Shown: positions 49,433 through 60,308 of the stretch, one piece after another
Layout: every line of letters starts with the position of its first letter
Numbering within the stretch: position 1 is the first letter of the stretch
Source: Acidobacteriota bacterium
GTDB taxonomy: Bacteria; Acidobacteriota; UBA890; WLXD01
NCBI GenBank assembly: GCA_965205505.1
Contig: CBDBHB010000008.1
Coordinates: 768,001 to 832,000, forward strand
DNA length: 64,000 nucleotides
Direction of reading: 5' to 3'
The notes under the pieces: model-generated
Databases searched by the model: none
What the model was told of the DNA's origin: nothing
The model's input: only the letters and a program-made list of their open reading frames with translations
Made by a program: the position numbers and the translations under genes

Positions 49433-50821
49433 TTGGGACTGGGATCATCCCGTCCGAGAACCAGCCGACGGCGAAGAGAGGACGTCATCAGAGCCAGCGC
49501 AGCAACTACCGTCCTGTTGGTGGCGATTGCCGCCGTCGCGACCGGAGCCGTTTCGACCAACAGCCACGCTCTGACGGCAGCAATCCGTGAACCGCTCGAG
49601 CGCGGACTGCATCACCAGCTGGTCGCTGACCGGTCGGCATTCGAGGCGGTGCTCGCCAATCCCGCCGTCCGCGACATGCTCACCAGCGTACGTGAGGGTG
49701 AGGTGGCGACCATCGACGACCAGGTCGCCCTTTGTGAGATCCCGGCACCACCGTTCAACGAACAAGAGCGCGCAACAGACTTCGCTCGTCGCCTGCGCGA
49801 GGCCGGTATCCAGAGTGTTCGGGCCGATGCAGTCGGCAACGTGATCGGCGAATGGGTGGGCTCGGAACCGGGTCCCCTGGTCGTTCTGTCCGCGCACCTC
49901 GACACTGTGTTTCCGCCGGGCACGGACGTCGCCGTGACCCGCGACGACCATTTGCTGAAGGGACCCGGCATCGTCGACGACTGTCGCGGGCTGGCGGTAG
50001 TGCTCGCGGTCGCAAGAGCATGGGCGGGAAGCGGGCTGCGGCCGCGCGGACGGCTCATATTCGTCGCCACGGTCGGTGAGGAAGGTGCCGGAAACCTGCG
50101 GGGCGTGCGTCATCTTTTCGAGGTCGAGCTGCCGGACCAGATCGATGCGTTCATCTCCGTCGACGGCGCCGGCAGCGCCGTCACCCACGGGGCGGTTGGA
50201 AGCCATCGCTACAAGGTCACCTACCGCGGGCCGGGTGGGCACAGCTTCGGGGCTTTCGGCATGCCCAACCCGATGCACGCACTGGGGCGGGCAATTGCCA
50301 AGATCGCCGACTTCCAGGTTCCAACAGAGCCCAAGGTCACGTTCAGCGTCGGGATCCTGGAAGGTGGGACTTCGGTCAACTCGATCCCGTTCTCGGCCGC
50401 CATGTCCGTCGACATGCGCTCCCTCGACGTCAACGCGCTCGAGGAGATCGACTCTCAGTTCCGCGCCGCGCTGCAGCAGGCCCTCGACGAAGAGAACACT
50501 CGCTGGGACAGCGACGTCGACCTCTCCTACGACATCGAGGTCATCGGCATCCGCCCCGCTGGGCTGCAGCCGGAGAGCGCCCCGATCGTGTGGGCGGCCC
50601 TTGCGACGGCGCGGGCAGTGGGCATCGATGCGCGGCTCAACAGCGCCAGCACCGACTCCAACATCCCGATCAGCCTGGGAATTCCGGCAGTAACCATCGA
50701 TGGCGGAGGCCACGGGACCGGTGCCCACTCGCCATCCGTGGAGACCTTCGATACGACCGACAGCCATAGGGGGTCGCAATGGGCCCTCTTGCTGACGCTG
50801 ACACTTGCCGGTGTCGAGTAG
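49433..50821 (+). CDS. M20/M25/M40 family metallopeptidase, probably secreted
   Basis: SAHLDTVF, GIVDD, GEEG, GGHS, GGTSVN, STDSN, GAHS; start codon uncertain. Confidence 0.9.
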   Translation: MGLGSSRPRTSRRRREDVIRASAATTVLLVAIAAVATGAVSTNSHALTAAIREPLERGLHHQLVADRSAFEAVLANPAVRDMLTSVREGEVATIDDQVALCEIPAPPFNEQERATDFARRLREAGIQSVRADAVGNVIGEWVGSEPGPLVVLSAHLDTVFPPGTDVAVTRDDHLLKGPGIVDDCRGLAVVLAVARAWAGSGLRPRGRLIFVATVGEEGAGNLRGVRHLFEVELPDQIDAFISVDGAGSAVTHGAVGSHRYKVTYRGPGGHSFGAFGMPNPMHALGRAIAKIADFQVPTEPKVTFSVGILEGGTSVNSIPFSAAMSVDMRSLDVNALEEIDSQFRAALQQALDEENTRWDSDVDLSYDIEVIGIRPAGLQPESAPIVWAALATARAVGIDARLNSASTDSNIPISLGIPAVTIDGGGHGTGAHSPSVETFDTTDSHRGSQWALLLTLTLAGVE

Positions 50822-50828
50822 AGGCACA

Positions 50829-52241
50829 GTGAAGGCAGCGGACGACAAAGGCACCGGAAGGTGGCGGCTCGTGGCGGTGCTGGCCGTCGGCACGGTCATC
50901 TGGGCGAGTCCGGTACCGGCGGCAGTGGACCCCCGAGCATGGCATCTGTTGGCGATCTTTCTTGCCACCATCTTCGCGGTGCTGATCGACGCGATGCCCG
51001 TTTTCACGGCGTCGGTGCTGGCGATCGCGATCACCGTTCTCAGCGGAACGCTGACGGCGGCGGAAGCCTACTCTGGGTTCTCGCAGAGTTTCCTGCTGCT
51101 GTTGACCATTGCGTTCCTGGTGGCTCAGGCAGTGGTCAACTCGGGCCTCGGCCAGCGCATCGCCTACCTGATCATCATCCGGTTGGGTCGATCGACGCTC
51201 GGACTTGCCTACAGCCTCATCATCACCGATTTCTTTATCGCCCCGGCGTTTCCTTCCAACACGGCGCGGTCCGGTGTGCTCTACCCGATCCACTATGCGC
51301 TCGCTCGACAGAGCGGCTCGCGACCCGAGGACGGCACCCAAGGCCACATGGGGAGTTTCCTCATGATGGCCGGCATGACGGGACTAACGGTTTCGTCGGC
51401 GATGTGGATGACGGCGATGGCGGCCAACCCTGCGGGTGCCGCCATCGCCACGCTAAGTGGCATCCCCGTGAGCTTCGGGTCCTGGGCGCTGGCGGCGTCA
51501 CTGCCGTCGCTAGCGGCGTTACTGATCGTGCCCTATTTGCTGTATCGAATCTTCCCACCGGGAGTGAGACATACTCCCGAAGCGCCGGCGGCGGCAGCCG
51601 AAGCGCTGCGCGCCATGGGCCCAGTATCGCGCCAGGAATGGATCACTGCGATGACTTTCGCCGGCATGATCACCGGCTGGGCTCTGTCGGCCTCGCTCGG
51701 TATCAACACCGCGGCCATCGCTTTCCTCGGGCTCGGCGTGCTCATGCTGGCGAACTTGTTCACGCTCGACGACCTCAAAGGGCGCGGCGACGCCCTCGGA
51801 ATCTACTTTTGGTTCGCCATTCTCTACACGCTGTCGACGCAGCTCAACGAGCTTGGCTTCATGTCGTTTGCTGCCGGCGGCATGGCCAGCCAACTCGAGG
51901 GCCTGCCATGGCCCCTGGTATACGTCGCGCTGGTCGTCATTTACGTGCTGATCCATTACCTGTTCGTGTCGCAGACGGCGCACATGCTGGCGCTGTACGG
52001 AGTCTTCCTGAACGTCGGCCTGCAGGCAGGTGTGCCCGGCCCTTTGCTCGCGTATATGCTGCTGTTCGCCACCAACTTTTTCGCGGCGATAACACCACAG
52101 GGCTCAAGCGCCAACGCCATCTTTCTGAGCAGCGGCTACATCGAGCCGCGCCAAGTGTATCACTATGGTGGGCTGGTGACGCTCTTCAACCTGATCATCT
52201 ACCTGGTGATCGGCACACCCTGGATCCTGTTGGTCACCTAG
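50829..52241 (+). CDS. DASS family divalent anion:Na+ symporter/antiporter
   Basis: SGLGQRIAY, PSNTARSG, TAMAANP, HYLFVSQTAH. Confidence 0.9.
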   Translation: MKAADDKGTGRWRLVAVLAVGTVIWASPVPAAVDPRAWHLLAIFLATIFAVLIDAMPVFTASVLAIAITVLSGTLTAAEAYSGFSQSFLLLLTIAFLVAQAVVNSGLGQRIAYLIIIRLGRSTLGLAYSLIITDFFIAPAFPSNTARSGVLYPIHYALARQSGSRPEDGTQGHMGSFLMMAGMTGLTVSSAMWMTAMAANPAGAAIATLSGIPVSFGSWALAASLPSLAALLIVPYLLYRIFPPGVRHTPEAPAAAAEALRAMGPVSRQEWITAMTFAGMITGWALSASLGINTAAIAFLGLGVLMLANLFTLDDLKGRGDALGIYFWFAILYTLSTQLNELGFMSFAAGGMASQLEGLPWPLVYVALVVIYVLIHYLFVSQTAHMLALYGVFLNVGLQAGVPGPLLAYMLLFATNFFAAITPQGSSANAIFLSSGYIEPRQVYHYGGLVTLFNLIIYLVIGTPWILLVT

Positions 52242-52330
52242 AAGCGAGACACGGGCCGGCTTTCTTTCGACACGTCGCGCCATTACAGTCGATTTTCTCG
52301 TCGCAAATGAACCGGCAGGGATAGAACAAC

Positions 52331-52495
52331 ATGATCACCTCGAGCGCGTCAGGAAACGGCCCGCCGAGCGAGTCACCACGGCTGCACAACTTCAAGCACC
52401 TGCTGGAGAAGAACCTACAGATATCCTGTCGAGACGATTCGGGCGACGTGTTTCCGCCGCGACAGCGGCGTGCTTACGAGGCGAGACTACGATGA
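52331..52495 (+). pseudogene. Possible collapsed remnant of an aldehyde dehydrogenase (MmsA-like) gene
   Basis: 54-aa ORF with ATGA coupling to the aminotransferase. RLHNF joined to KHLLEKN recalls two separated segments of CoA-acylating semialdehyde dehydrogenases; weak. Confidence 0.25.
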
Positions 52496-53817
52496 GCGAA
52501 ACCGGGGCGGCAGTGATGGCAAGTACCTCCGCTGAGGCGCGCGATGCGCAGCACGACTACCTGTTCCCCTGCGTTTCGACCCTCTACACCGAGCCCCTGG
52601 TCATGGCCGAGGCGCAAGGCGTGTGGGTGAAGGATGTCGAAGGCGACGAGTACCTCGACATGTTCGCGGGCATCCTGACAACCTCGGTCGGGCACTGCCA
52701 TCCCGAGGTCACGGCCGCCACCAAGGCGCAGATCGACAAGCTCGGTCATACGTCGAGCCTCTACATCACCGAGCCGCAGATCGACGCCGCACGCCAGCTG
52801 GCGGAGATTGCGCCCGGCGCTCTCCGGAAGTCGTTCTTCACCAACAGCGGCACCGAGGCAATCGAGACCGCGATCATGCTGGCCTGCATGTACACCGGGC
52901 GCAGCGAGGTCATGGCGCTCCGGCTCGCCTACTCGGGCCGTAGCATTCTCGCCACCAACATCACCGGCCACGCGTCTTGGCGACCGCTGACCAGCTCGCT
53001 GCCGATCAAGCACGCGCTGGCGCCCTATCCGTACCGATGTCCGTTCAAGTCGCCCTGCGACGATAGCTGCGTCGATAAGTTCGCCAACGATCTCGAAGAG
53101 GCGATCGTCACCACGACCAGCGGCAAGCCGGCAGCGTTCATCGCCGAGACCATCCTCGGCCTTGGTGGCTACATCGTGCCACCGCCAGGCTACTTCCAGC
53201 GCGCGGCCGAGATTATCCGGTCGTACGGTGGGGTGTTTATCTGCGACGAGGTGCAAGCGGGATTCGGACGCACCGGCGACAAGTGGTTCGGGATCGAGCA
53301 CTGGGATGTCGAGCCCGACATCATGGTGATGGCCAAAGGCATCGCCAATGGACAGCCAGTCGGTGCCACGATCACGCGTGACGAGATCGCCGATGCCTGG
53401 ACCGCCAAGACCATCTCGACGTTCGGCGGCAACCCGGTGAGCATGGCCGCGATGGCGGCGACCCTCGATGTTCTGCGCCGCGAAGATGCGCCGGCGAACG
53501 CCGCGGCACGGGGACTCGAACTGCGCGCCGGCCTCGACGCGCTGGCCGAGCGCCATGAATGGATCGGCGAGGTTCGTGGCATGGGCCTGATGCAAGCACT
53601 CGAGCTAGTCGAGGACCGCGAGTCCAAGACCCCGAGTCCCGAAAAAGGCAAGGCACTGCTCGAGGCCGCCAGGGAGGAAGGACTGCTGATCGGGCTCGGC
53701 GGCCAGCACGGCCATGTCATCCGGTTCGGCCCCTCGTTGCTGCTCACCGAAGACGAGAACGCGGAAGCCCTACAACGGCTCGAGAAGGCCTGCAACCGCG
53801 TCAGCTCCGGGGTCTAG
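52492..53817 (+). CDS. Class III PLP aminotransferase (AGXT2/beta-alanine type)
   Basis: YLDMFAGI, NSGTEA, DEVQAGFGRTG, MAKGIANG, STFGGNP, VRGMGLM. Confidence 0.92.
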   Translation: MSETGAAVMASTSAEARDAQHDYLFPCVSTLYTEPLVMAEAQGVWVKDVEGDEYLDMFAGILTTSVGHCHPEVTAATKAQIDKLGHTSSLYITEPQIDAARQLAEIAPGALRKSFFTNSGTEAIETAIMLACMYTGRSEVMALRLAYSGRSILATNITGHASWRPLTSSLPIKHALAPYPYRCPFKSPCDDSCVDKFANDLEEAIVTTTSGKPAAFIAETILGLGGYIVPPPGYFQRAAEIIRSYGGVFICDEVQAGFGRTGDKWFGIEHWDVEPDIMVMAKGIANGQPVGATITRDEIADAWTAKTISTFGGNPVSMAAMAATLDVLRREDAPANAAARGLELRAGLDALAERHEWIGEVRGMGLMQALELVEDRESKTPSPEKGKALLEAAREEGLLIGLGGQHGHVIRFGPSLLLTEDENAEALQRLEKACNRVSSGV

Positions 53818-53833
53818 ATCGTTGATCGCGGGG

Positions 53834-53965
53834 ATGCCCTGGAGCGCCTGGGTGCTGCTGATCGCAGCTGTGAGCACCGGGCTGACGATCGAGCTGGTGC
53901 ACTACTGTCGCGGGCGACGCCGCCAAGGCGTGCGAGACAACGACCGTACCGACGGGGGCAGCTGA
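53834..53965 (+). CDS. Small single-TM protein preceding the symporter
   Basis: 43-aa ORF MPWSAWVLLIAAVSTGLTIELVHY..., ending 1 nt before the symporter start. Confidence 0.5.
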   Translation: MPWSAWVLLIAAVSTGLTIELVHYCRGRRRQGVRDNDRTDGGS

Positions 53966-53966
53966 G

Positions 53967-55439
53967 TTGGCCTCCGCCACGATTGTCGCGGTCCTCGGCG
54001 TTTATCTGGTCGTCCTGCTCGCTCTCGGCTGGTGGGCCGGGCGTGAATCCGGCAGCGTGGCCGGATACTACGTTGCCGGCAAGCAGCTGCCTTCGTGGGT
54101 CATCGCCTTCAGCTCCAACAGCACCGGCGAGAGCGCCTGGCTGCTGCTCGGCCTCACCGGCATGGGCTACACCATCGGCATCCACGCTTTGTGGATCGTT
54201 TTCGGCGAGGTCCTCGGGGTGGCGCTCGTCTGGACGCTAGTGGCACAACCGTTCAAGGCCTGGACGGACCGCTACGACTCGATCACCGTACCCGACTATC
54301 TGGAGGCGCGGTTTCGCGACTCCAGCCACGTGATCCGCTGGCTCAGCCTGCTGATCATCATGAGCATGGTCACCGCGTATACCGCCGCTCAGCTCACCGC
54401 GGCGGGTAAGGCATTCGCCTCCTTTCTCGACATCAGCTACGTCGCCGGCGCCCTCATCGGAGCGGCGGTCATCCTCTACTACACGACCGTCGGCGGCTTC
54501 AAAGCGGTCGCCTACAGCGACCTGCTGCAGGGGATTTTGATGCTCGGCGGGTTGTTCGCACTGCCGTTCGTAGCGATGTCGGCCGCCGGCGGTTGGACCG
54601 CGACGATGGCGCAGCTCAACGCCACCGATCCGGCACTGTTGCGGCCGATGGGCAGCTACGGAATGAGTGTCGAGGGCTTCGTGTCGGTGATCGGCTTCAT
54701 CGGCATCGGTCTCGCCTTCCTCGGCGCGCCGCAGCTGCTCAGCCGGTTCATCGCTGCGCGCAGCCGGCGCGACATCCACGAAGGCGGTCTGATCGCCGTG
54801 CCTTGCATCATCCTCTTCGACCTGGGAGCCGTGTTCGGGGGCATGGCCGGCCGGGTGATCTTCCCGGTGCTCGATGATCCCGAGACCATCCTGCCGGTGA
54901 TGACGTCGGAGTTGCTGCCGGCGGTGTTCACCGGCATCTATCTGGTGATCGTGCTGGCGGCCATCATGTCTACTGCCGACTCGCTGCTGATCATGGCCTC
55001 GGCCACCGTCGTCCGCGACATCGTGCAGCGCATCTACCGGCCCGATGAGTCCGAGCGGCGGCTGGCGTTGTACGGCAAGGCCACGACGGCAGTGATCGGC
55101 ATCGTCGCGTTGCTATTTGCGCTCGGCGAGGTGCGGGTCATCTTCTGGTTCGTGCTGTTCGCGTGGTCGGGGCTCGCCTGTGCCTTCACTCCGGCGGTGC
55201 TGTGCTCGTTGTACTGGAAACGGACGACCCGCGCCGGTGCGATCGCCGGCATGATCGGCGGCTTCCTTACGGCCATCGTCTGGGTGCTAGCGTTCAAGCC
55301 CTATACATACGATCTCTACGAGCTGATCCCGGGCTTCATCGTCGGCTTCGCGCTCACCATCGGGGTCAGCCTGGCTACCGAGCCACCTGAGGGAGCCGCA
55401 GAGGAGTTTGACGCGGTCTGGAAGGAAGTAAACCAGTGA
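53967..55439 (+). CDS. Sodium/proline symporter family (PutP-like SSS)
   Basis: ESAWLLLGL, GGFKAVAYSD, LGAPQ, AAIMSTADSLL, FAWSGL. Confidence 0.88.
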   Translation: MASATIVAVLGVYLVVLLALGWWAGRESGSVAGYYVAGKQLPSWVIAFSSNSTGESAWLLLGLTGMGYTIGIHALWIVFGEVLGVALVWTLVAQPFKAWTDRYDSITVPDYLEARFRDSSHVIRWLSLLIIMSMVTAYTAAQLTAAGKAFASFLDISYVAGALIGAAVILYYTTVGGFKAVAYSDLLQGILMLGGLFALPFVAMSAAGGWTATMAQLNATDPALLRPMGSYGMSVEGFVSVIGFIGIGLAFLGAPQLLSRFIAARSRRDIHEGGLIAVPCIILFDLGAVFGGMAGRVIFPVLDDPETILPVMTSELLPAVFTGIYLVIVLAAIMSTADSLLIMASATVVRDIVQRIYRPDESERRLALYGKATTAVIGIVALLFALGEVRVIFWFVLFAWSGLACAFTPAVLCSLYWKRTTRAGAIAGMIGGFLTAIVWVLAFKPYTYDLYELIPGFIVGFALTIGVSLATEPPEGAAEEFDAVWKEVNQ

Positions 55440-56659
55440 GCCCGCCTGCGTGCGCAGGCCGGGCCAGGTGCACCGTAATGATCATGGCGGTCGCCATCAG
55501 CGCGACGGCGACCACGCCTGACGTCGTCGCGTCGCCTCAGCAAGAGCCTCGCGCTCGAGATCTCGGCGTTCCGTTCTACGGCGAGCCGGGCCCGAGCAAC
55601 GCAATCACCGACGTCGGCGACGTCGAGGTGGGACACGTCACCCTGATCCGTGGTGACGGCCCCCTGTCGGTCGGCGAGGGACCGGTGCGGACGGGAGTCA
55701 CGGCAATCCGACCGCGTGGCCGACAGGGCGAGCCGGTGTTCGCCGGTTGGTACTCGCTCAATGGCAACGGCGAGATGACCGGAACGACTTGGATCGAGGA
55801 ATCCGGCGCCCTGGAAGGCCCGGTGATGATCACCAACACGCATAGCGTCGGCGTGGTGCGCGACGCGGTGATCGACTGGCTGGTACGCGCCGGCAACGGA
55901 CGCCAACCCTGGGCGCTGCCGGTAGTTGCCGAAACCTACGACGGCTTTCTCAACGACATCAACGGGTTTCATGTGCGCCGCGAGCACGTCTTTGAGGCGC
56001 TCGGCAACGCGCATGGTGGGGCCGTGTCCGAGGGCGCCGTGGGCGGCGGCACCGGAATGATCTGCCACGGCTTCAAGTGCGGCATCGGAACGTCCTCGCG
56101 CTCGGTGGAGATTCAAGGTCGGCGTTACATGCTCGGGGCGCTAGTGCAAGCAAACTACGGGGGCCGCGACGACCTGATGATCGCCGGCGCACCGATCGGC
56201 CGCGAGATCACCGACCTGCGACCGCGCGCCGGCGCCAGCAGCGCCGATGCCGAGGAGCTCGGCAACCCGGGCGACCGCGACTTCGGTTCGATCATCGTGG
56301 TGATCGCAACCGACGCACCGTTGCTTCCGTATCAGCTCAAGCGCATAGCGCGGCGAGTACCGCTCGGGATCGCCCGGATGGGCGGTATGGCGGGCAATGG
56401 CTCGGGAGACATCTTCGTCGCCTTCTCCACCGCCAACCGCAGCGCCGCCGGAAACAGCGACGCAAGTACTGTCGAGATGCTACCCAACGGGTGGCTGACG
56501 CCGTTGTTTCAGGCGACGGCCTACGCCGTGGAGGAAGCGATCACCAACGCACTCGTCGCCGGCACCACGATCGTCGGTCGCGACGGCAACACCGTCTACG
56601 CGCTTCCACACGATCGGCTGCGCGACGTGCTGCGGCGCTACAATCGCCTGCGCCGATAG
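55436..56659 (+). CDS. dmpA: P1/S58 family (DmpA-like) aminopeptidase
   Basis: RARDLG, NAITDV, NGNGEMTG, PVVAETYDG, GGGTGM, G|SIIVV autoproteolysis site, NGSGD. Confidence 0.88.
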   Translation: MSPPACAGRARCTVMIMAVAISATATTPDVVASPQQEPRARDLGVPFYGEPGPSNAITDVGDVEVGHVTLIRGDGPLSVGEGPVRTGVTAIRPRGRQGEPVFAGWYSLNGNGEMTGTTWIEESGALEGPVMITNTHSVGVVRDAVIDWLVRAGNGRQPWALPVVAETYDGFLNDINGFHVRREHVFEALGNAHGGAVSEGAVGGGTGMICHGFKCGIGTSSRSVEIQGRRYMLGALVQANYGGRDDLMIAGAPIGREITDLRPRAGASSADAEELGNPGDRDFGSIIVVIATDAPLLPYQLKRIARRVPLGIARMGGMAGNGSGDIFVAFSTANRSAAGNSDASTVEMLPNGWLTPLFQATAYAVEEAITNALVAGTTIVGRDGNTVYALPHDRLRDVLRRYNRLRR

Positions 56660-56717
56660 GCACACCTGATCGGGCTGATCGCGTCGACTGCTCGACTGGC
56701 TCAGAACGCTCGCAGAG

Positions 56718-57546
56718 TCAGGCCGCCCCGTGTGACTCGTGGAGCGTCTCGAGGGCCAACAGGGCGCCACGTTTGGCGCGCTTGACCATGTCGAGACTGG
56801 CCAACGCCAGCCGCCCGGCAGTGCTACAAGGAAGCAATACCTTGGCCACCGGGACCCGGTCGCGCCAGAGGAACCGATGAACGAGTTGGCGTTGGCGCCG
56901 CTGTCGGCAAACACTAGCTCGGGGTTCTCGAGGAAAAGCCGCACTTCCTGAACAGCGTTCAGCATTCCGGGCGAATACTCTTTGTAGGCAGGATCGAAGG
57001 CAACCTTGAAACCGAACAACGTCGCGCCCTCGACGAGGCTCGCGAGCACATGGCAGCGGCAACACCATCGAGCCGAACCTCGGTGTAGAAGAGGTCGGCG
57101 CGCTGGCCGAAGGCGCTCGTCAGCTCATCGAAGAACTTCACATCAGCGGCGCAGCAGGCGAGCGCCGAGCCACGCTCGCCCTTCCAGCCGGACGCCTCCA
57201 TCTGCATGAACCGCGACGCCCAATCGGACCCCGCGTCGAGAGATCGATGGTGCCGCACCTCGACCTCAGCGGCCCCGTTCAGTGCCCGCCATTGCCGCCG
57301 ATAGTTTTTGCGGCGTTTCGCCGACAACGACGCCAGATACTCATCGAACGACCCGCGCCGACGCAGCGCCGGACGCGAGAATCCATACCGAATCAGCGGC
57401 GTGACGCGGTGCGCCGATAGCACTCGACGCACGACATTCCAGATCGGCGAATCGACACCCATGAGCGGCAGCGCCACCAAGTCGATCGTCGGCGCCGCTT
57501 CTGCCATCCACTCCCAAATCGCGGTCATGGCCTCGGCAGCGGCCTG
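56718..57546 (-). pseudogene. CelD/BcsL-type GNAT acetyltransferase, 5'-truncated and frameshifted
   Basis: FDEYLASLSAKRRKNYRR, EASGWKG, FKVAFDPAYKEYSPG spread over several frames. No start or RBS; abuts the helicase stop. Confidence 0.7.
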
Positions 57547-59118
57547 CTAGCGTGACCGTCCACCTCGGCGCCGCGGCTTCCTCTTAGGACGCTCGCTACG
57601 ACGGGGTTCGTCGCCGGCCGTCGCGGGGTCCGGCGCGACCGGCTCACCGAGCGGTGCATGCAGACTCTCTTGGTAGTAGTCGTCCAGGAGCATAGCGATC
57701 ACCGAGACTTCATCGCGGCTTTCGCCCAGGCTACGGGCAAGCGGAACGAATCGCTGCATGCGCTCCGTTTGCAGGCTGCTGCGATCACGTAGCCGCGCCT
57801 CGAGCAAAGCGGTGACACGCTCGCCGACGATTCGCTCCACCTCTTCCTTGGTCGGTCCGGGTCGCTCCTGCAGGTCGATGCTGTAGGTACGCGCGATGTG
57901 GCGAAGATGGATTCCTTCGAGGCCGGACACCAACGTAAGCGCCTCCCCGGAGGCGCCCGCACGGCTCGTTCGTCCCACCCGGTGGATATAGCTCTCGGCG
58001 TCCCGGGGAGGGCCGTACTGGATCACGTGAGAGAGATCGTGGATATCGATTCCGCGCGCCGCAACATCGGTAGCAACGAGAAACCGCAACTTGCCGAGTC
58101 GAACGCGTTCGAGGACCTTTTCGCGTGCCGCCTGCGCCAGGTCCGAGCTGAGCTCGTCGGCATCGTACCCGAAGCGCTTCAGGACCAACGCCACATAGTG
58201 AACGTCGGCCTTCGTATTGCAAAATACGATCGCCGACGCAGGGTTCTCGATCTCGATGATCCGCATCAAGTAGCGGTCCTTGTCCATCGACGGCACGTCG
58301 TAGAACACGTGCTCGGTAGACGCCACATGCACGCGATCATGACTGAGGCTCAGGAACTCCGGGGTCTCGAGGAACTCGCTGGCGAGATTGCGTACATGCG
58401 GTGGGATCGTGGCAGAAAACATCGAGCCGCTTATGCGCCGTTTCGGCAGAAACGCCTGCAGCCGCTTCATGTCGGGATAGAACCCCATCGACAGCATGCG
58501 GTCGGCCTCGTCGAATACCAGGTTCTTCAGACCATCGAGCGACAGGTTGCGCTTGAGCAGGTGATCGAGCACCCGGCCGGGAGTGCCTACGACGAGGTGG
58601 GCGCCACGCTCGAAGGCCTCGAGCTGGGGTCCGTAGGCAACGCCGCCATATACCGCAGTCGGTAGCAGACCCGTCGAAGCACTGAGCTCCTGCGCGGCGG
58701 TCATCACCTGCTTGGCAAGCTCGCGCGTCGGCACGAGCACCAACGCCTGGCACCGCCGATCGTCGGGATCGAGGCGATCGATGATCGGCAGCAGAAAGGC
58801 ACCTGTCTTGCCGCTGCCGGTGCGCGACTGGATCATCAGGTCGCGTCCCGCCAGCATGTAAGGGATCGCCTTGGCCTGGACTGGCATGAGCGTGGACCAG
58901 CCGGCGCGCGCGGCGGCCTCCTGCAAGAGGCTCGGGAGATCGTCGAACATGATCTCAGGCAGCGCGTCGTCGGGTTCGACAACGTCCTCGTCCGGGTCGA
59001 CAACGCCGTCGGCTATCGCGGCGGTAGCATCGACCGCTCCGCCAGCCCGAGCCTTCAGCGCATCGTCCCGACGGCGACGCGACAGGCGTCGTGGGCTGGG
59101 ACGTTTCTGTCGTGCCAA
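57547..59118 (-). CDS. DEAD-box RNA helicase
   Basis: Q motif, TGSGKT, PTRELA, GTPGR, DEAD, SAT, ARGID, HRVGRTSR; GGGAGGGAG before TTG 59118. Confidence 0.95.
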   Translation of the reverse strand: MARQKRPSPRRLSRRRRDDALKARAGGAVDATAAIADGVVDPDEDVVEPDDALPEIMFDDLPSLLQEAAARAGWSTLMPVQAKAIPYMLAGRDLMIQSRTGSGKTGAFLLPIIDRLDPDDRRCQALVLVPTRELAKQVMTAAQELSASTGLLPTAVYGGVAYGPQLEAFERGAHLVVGTPGRVLDHLLKRNLSLDGLKNLVFDEADRMLSMGFYPDMKRLQAFLPKRRISGSMFSATIPPHVRNLASEFLETPEFLSLSHDRVHVASTEHVFYDVPSMDKDRYLMRIIEIENPASAIVFCNTKADVHYVALVLKRFGYDADELSSDLAQAAREKVLERVRLGKLRFLVATDVAARGIDIHDLSHVIQYGPPRDAESYIHRVGRTSRAGASGEALTLVSGLEGIHLRHIARTYSIDLQERPGPTKEEVERIVGERVTALLEARLRDRSSLQTERMQRFVPLARSLGESRDEVSVIAMLLDDYYQESLHAPLGEPVAPDPATAGDEPRRSERPKRKPRRRGGRSR

Positions 59119-59288
59119 ACTCCCTCCCTGTTCTCTCCGCCCGTGGCGCCACGGCAACGAACGTGCGTTGCCAAACCGCATGATGTCACGGATGCGCAGA
59201 GGCCGCCCGATAAGCCCGGCCGATCACGACCACTGCCAGGACGACGGCGATCCCTGCTCGAGGGTCGGGTCAGCTAGCAGGCCTGGCC

Positions 59289-60308
59289 TCAGGCTTGGGC
59301 TCGCTTGTACCCTCTGAGATAGCCGAATCCCACCATCTGGCGGCGCTCTTCATCCCACAAGCGAAACCCCAACGACCGCAAGCTGGAAAGCAGACTGATC
59401 GACGGAATCGACGCCAGGCTCGGGTTTTCTTCGTGGCATCTTTGCAGGAAGTAGTTCGGAATCCGCGGGCAAAGATGGTGGATATGGTGGTAGCCGATGT
59501 TCCCCGAGAACCACTGCAGGATGCGCGGCAGCTTGTAGTACGAGCTGCCATGAAGCGCCGCAGGGTAGTAGTCCCACTGCTCGTGCCTCTCCCAGTAGAC
59601 CGACTCGAACTGGTGCTGCACGTAAAACAGCCACACGCCGACGGCTCCAGCAACGAGGCTGATGGGGAGCTGGATCATCAGATAGGGCTTCAGACCCATG
59701 GCTGTCACGAGACTGCCAACCAGCACCACTACGCCGAGATTCGTCCACCAAACGCTGGCTCGCTCGCGCCTGTGCTCGCTCCGGTAAGAGATCCTCTGGG
59801 CGACGGCGAACAGAACCATCGGGCCAACAAGGAACATCACCAGCGGATGTCGGTAGATCCGATACCGCAAGCGCGTCAGCAGCGGCGCTGCCAAGTACTC
59901 CTCTACCGTGAGGGTCCAGATCTCGCCGCCCGAGTCGCGCCGATCGAGGTCACCCGAGGTGGCGTGGTGCTTGGCGTGATCGTAGCGCCAGCGATAGTAG
60001 GGCGTGAACGTCATGACCCCGGTGATGTAGCCGATAGTGTCGTTGAGCCGCTTGGATTTGAAGAACGCGCCGTGGCCACAGTCGTGGAAGATGATGAAGA
60101 TGCGGATCATGAAGCCCGCGGCCAACGGCGTAAGCGCCAGCGTCAGCCAGTAGGACACCGCCAAGCTGCGATACATCAAGTACCAGAGCGCCACGTACGG
60201 AACGAGCGAGTTCACCAGTTGCCACGTGCTGCGAAGCGGCTCCGGGTTCTGGTACTTCACCGTCAACTGCTGCCACGTTTTGGCATCGGCAGACGTCGCT
60301 GGCCCCAT
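59289..60308 (-). CDS. des: Membrane fatty acid desaturase (Bacillus Des-like)
   Basis: His boxes HDCGH, HAKHH, HHIHH; LFYVQHQFE; GGAGG RBS. Confidence 0.9.
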   Translation of the reverse strand: MGPATSADAKTWQQLTVKYQNPEPLRSTWQLVNSLVPYVALWYLMYRSLAVSYWLTLALTPLAAGFMIRIFIIFHDCGHGAFFKSKRLNDTIGYITGVMTFTPYYRWRYDHAKHHATSGDLDRRDSGGEIWTLTVEEYLAAPLLTRLRYRIYRHPLVMFLVGPMVLFAVAQRISYRSEHRRERASVWWTNLGVVVLVGSLVTAMGLKPYLMIQLPISLVAGAVGVWLFYVQHQFESVYWERHEQWDYYPAALHGSSYYKLPRILQWFSGNIGYHHIHHLCPRIPNYFLQRCHEENPSLASIPSISLLSSLRSLGFRLWDEERRQMVGFGYLRGYKRAQA

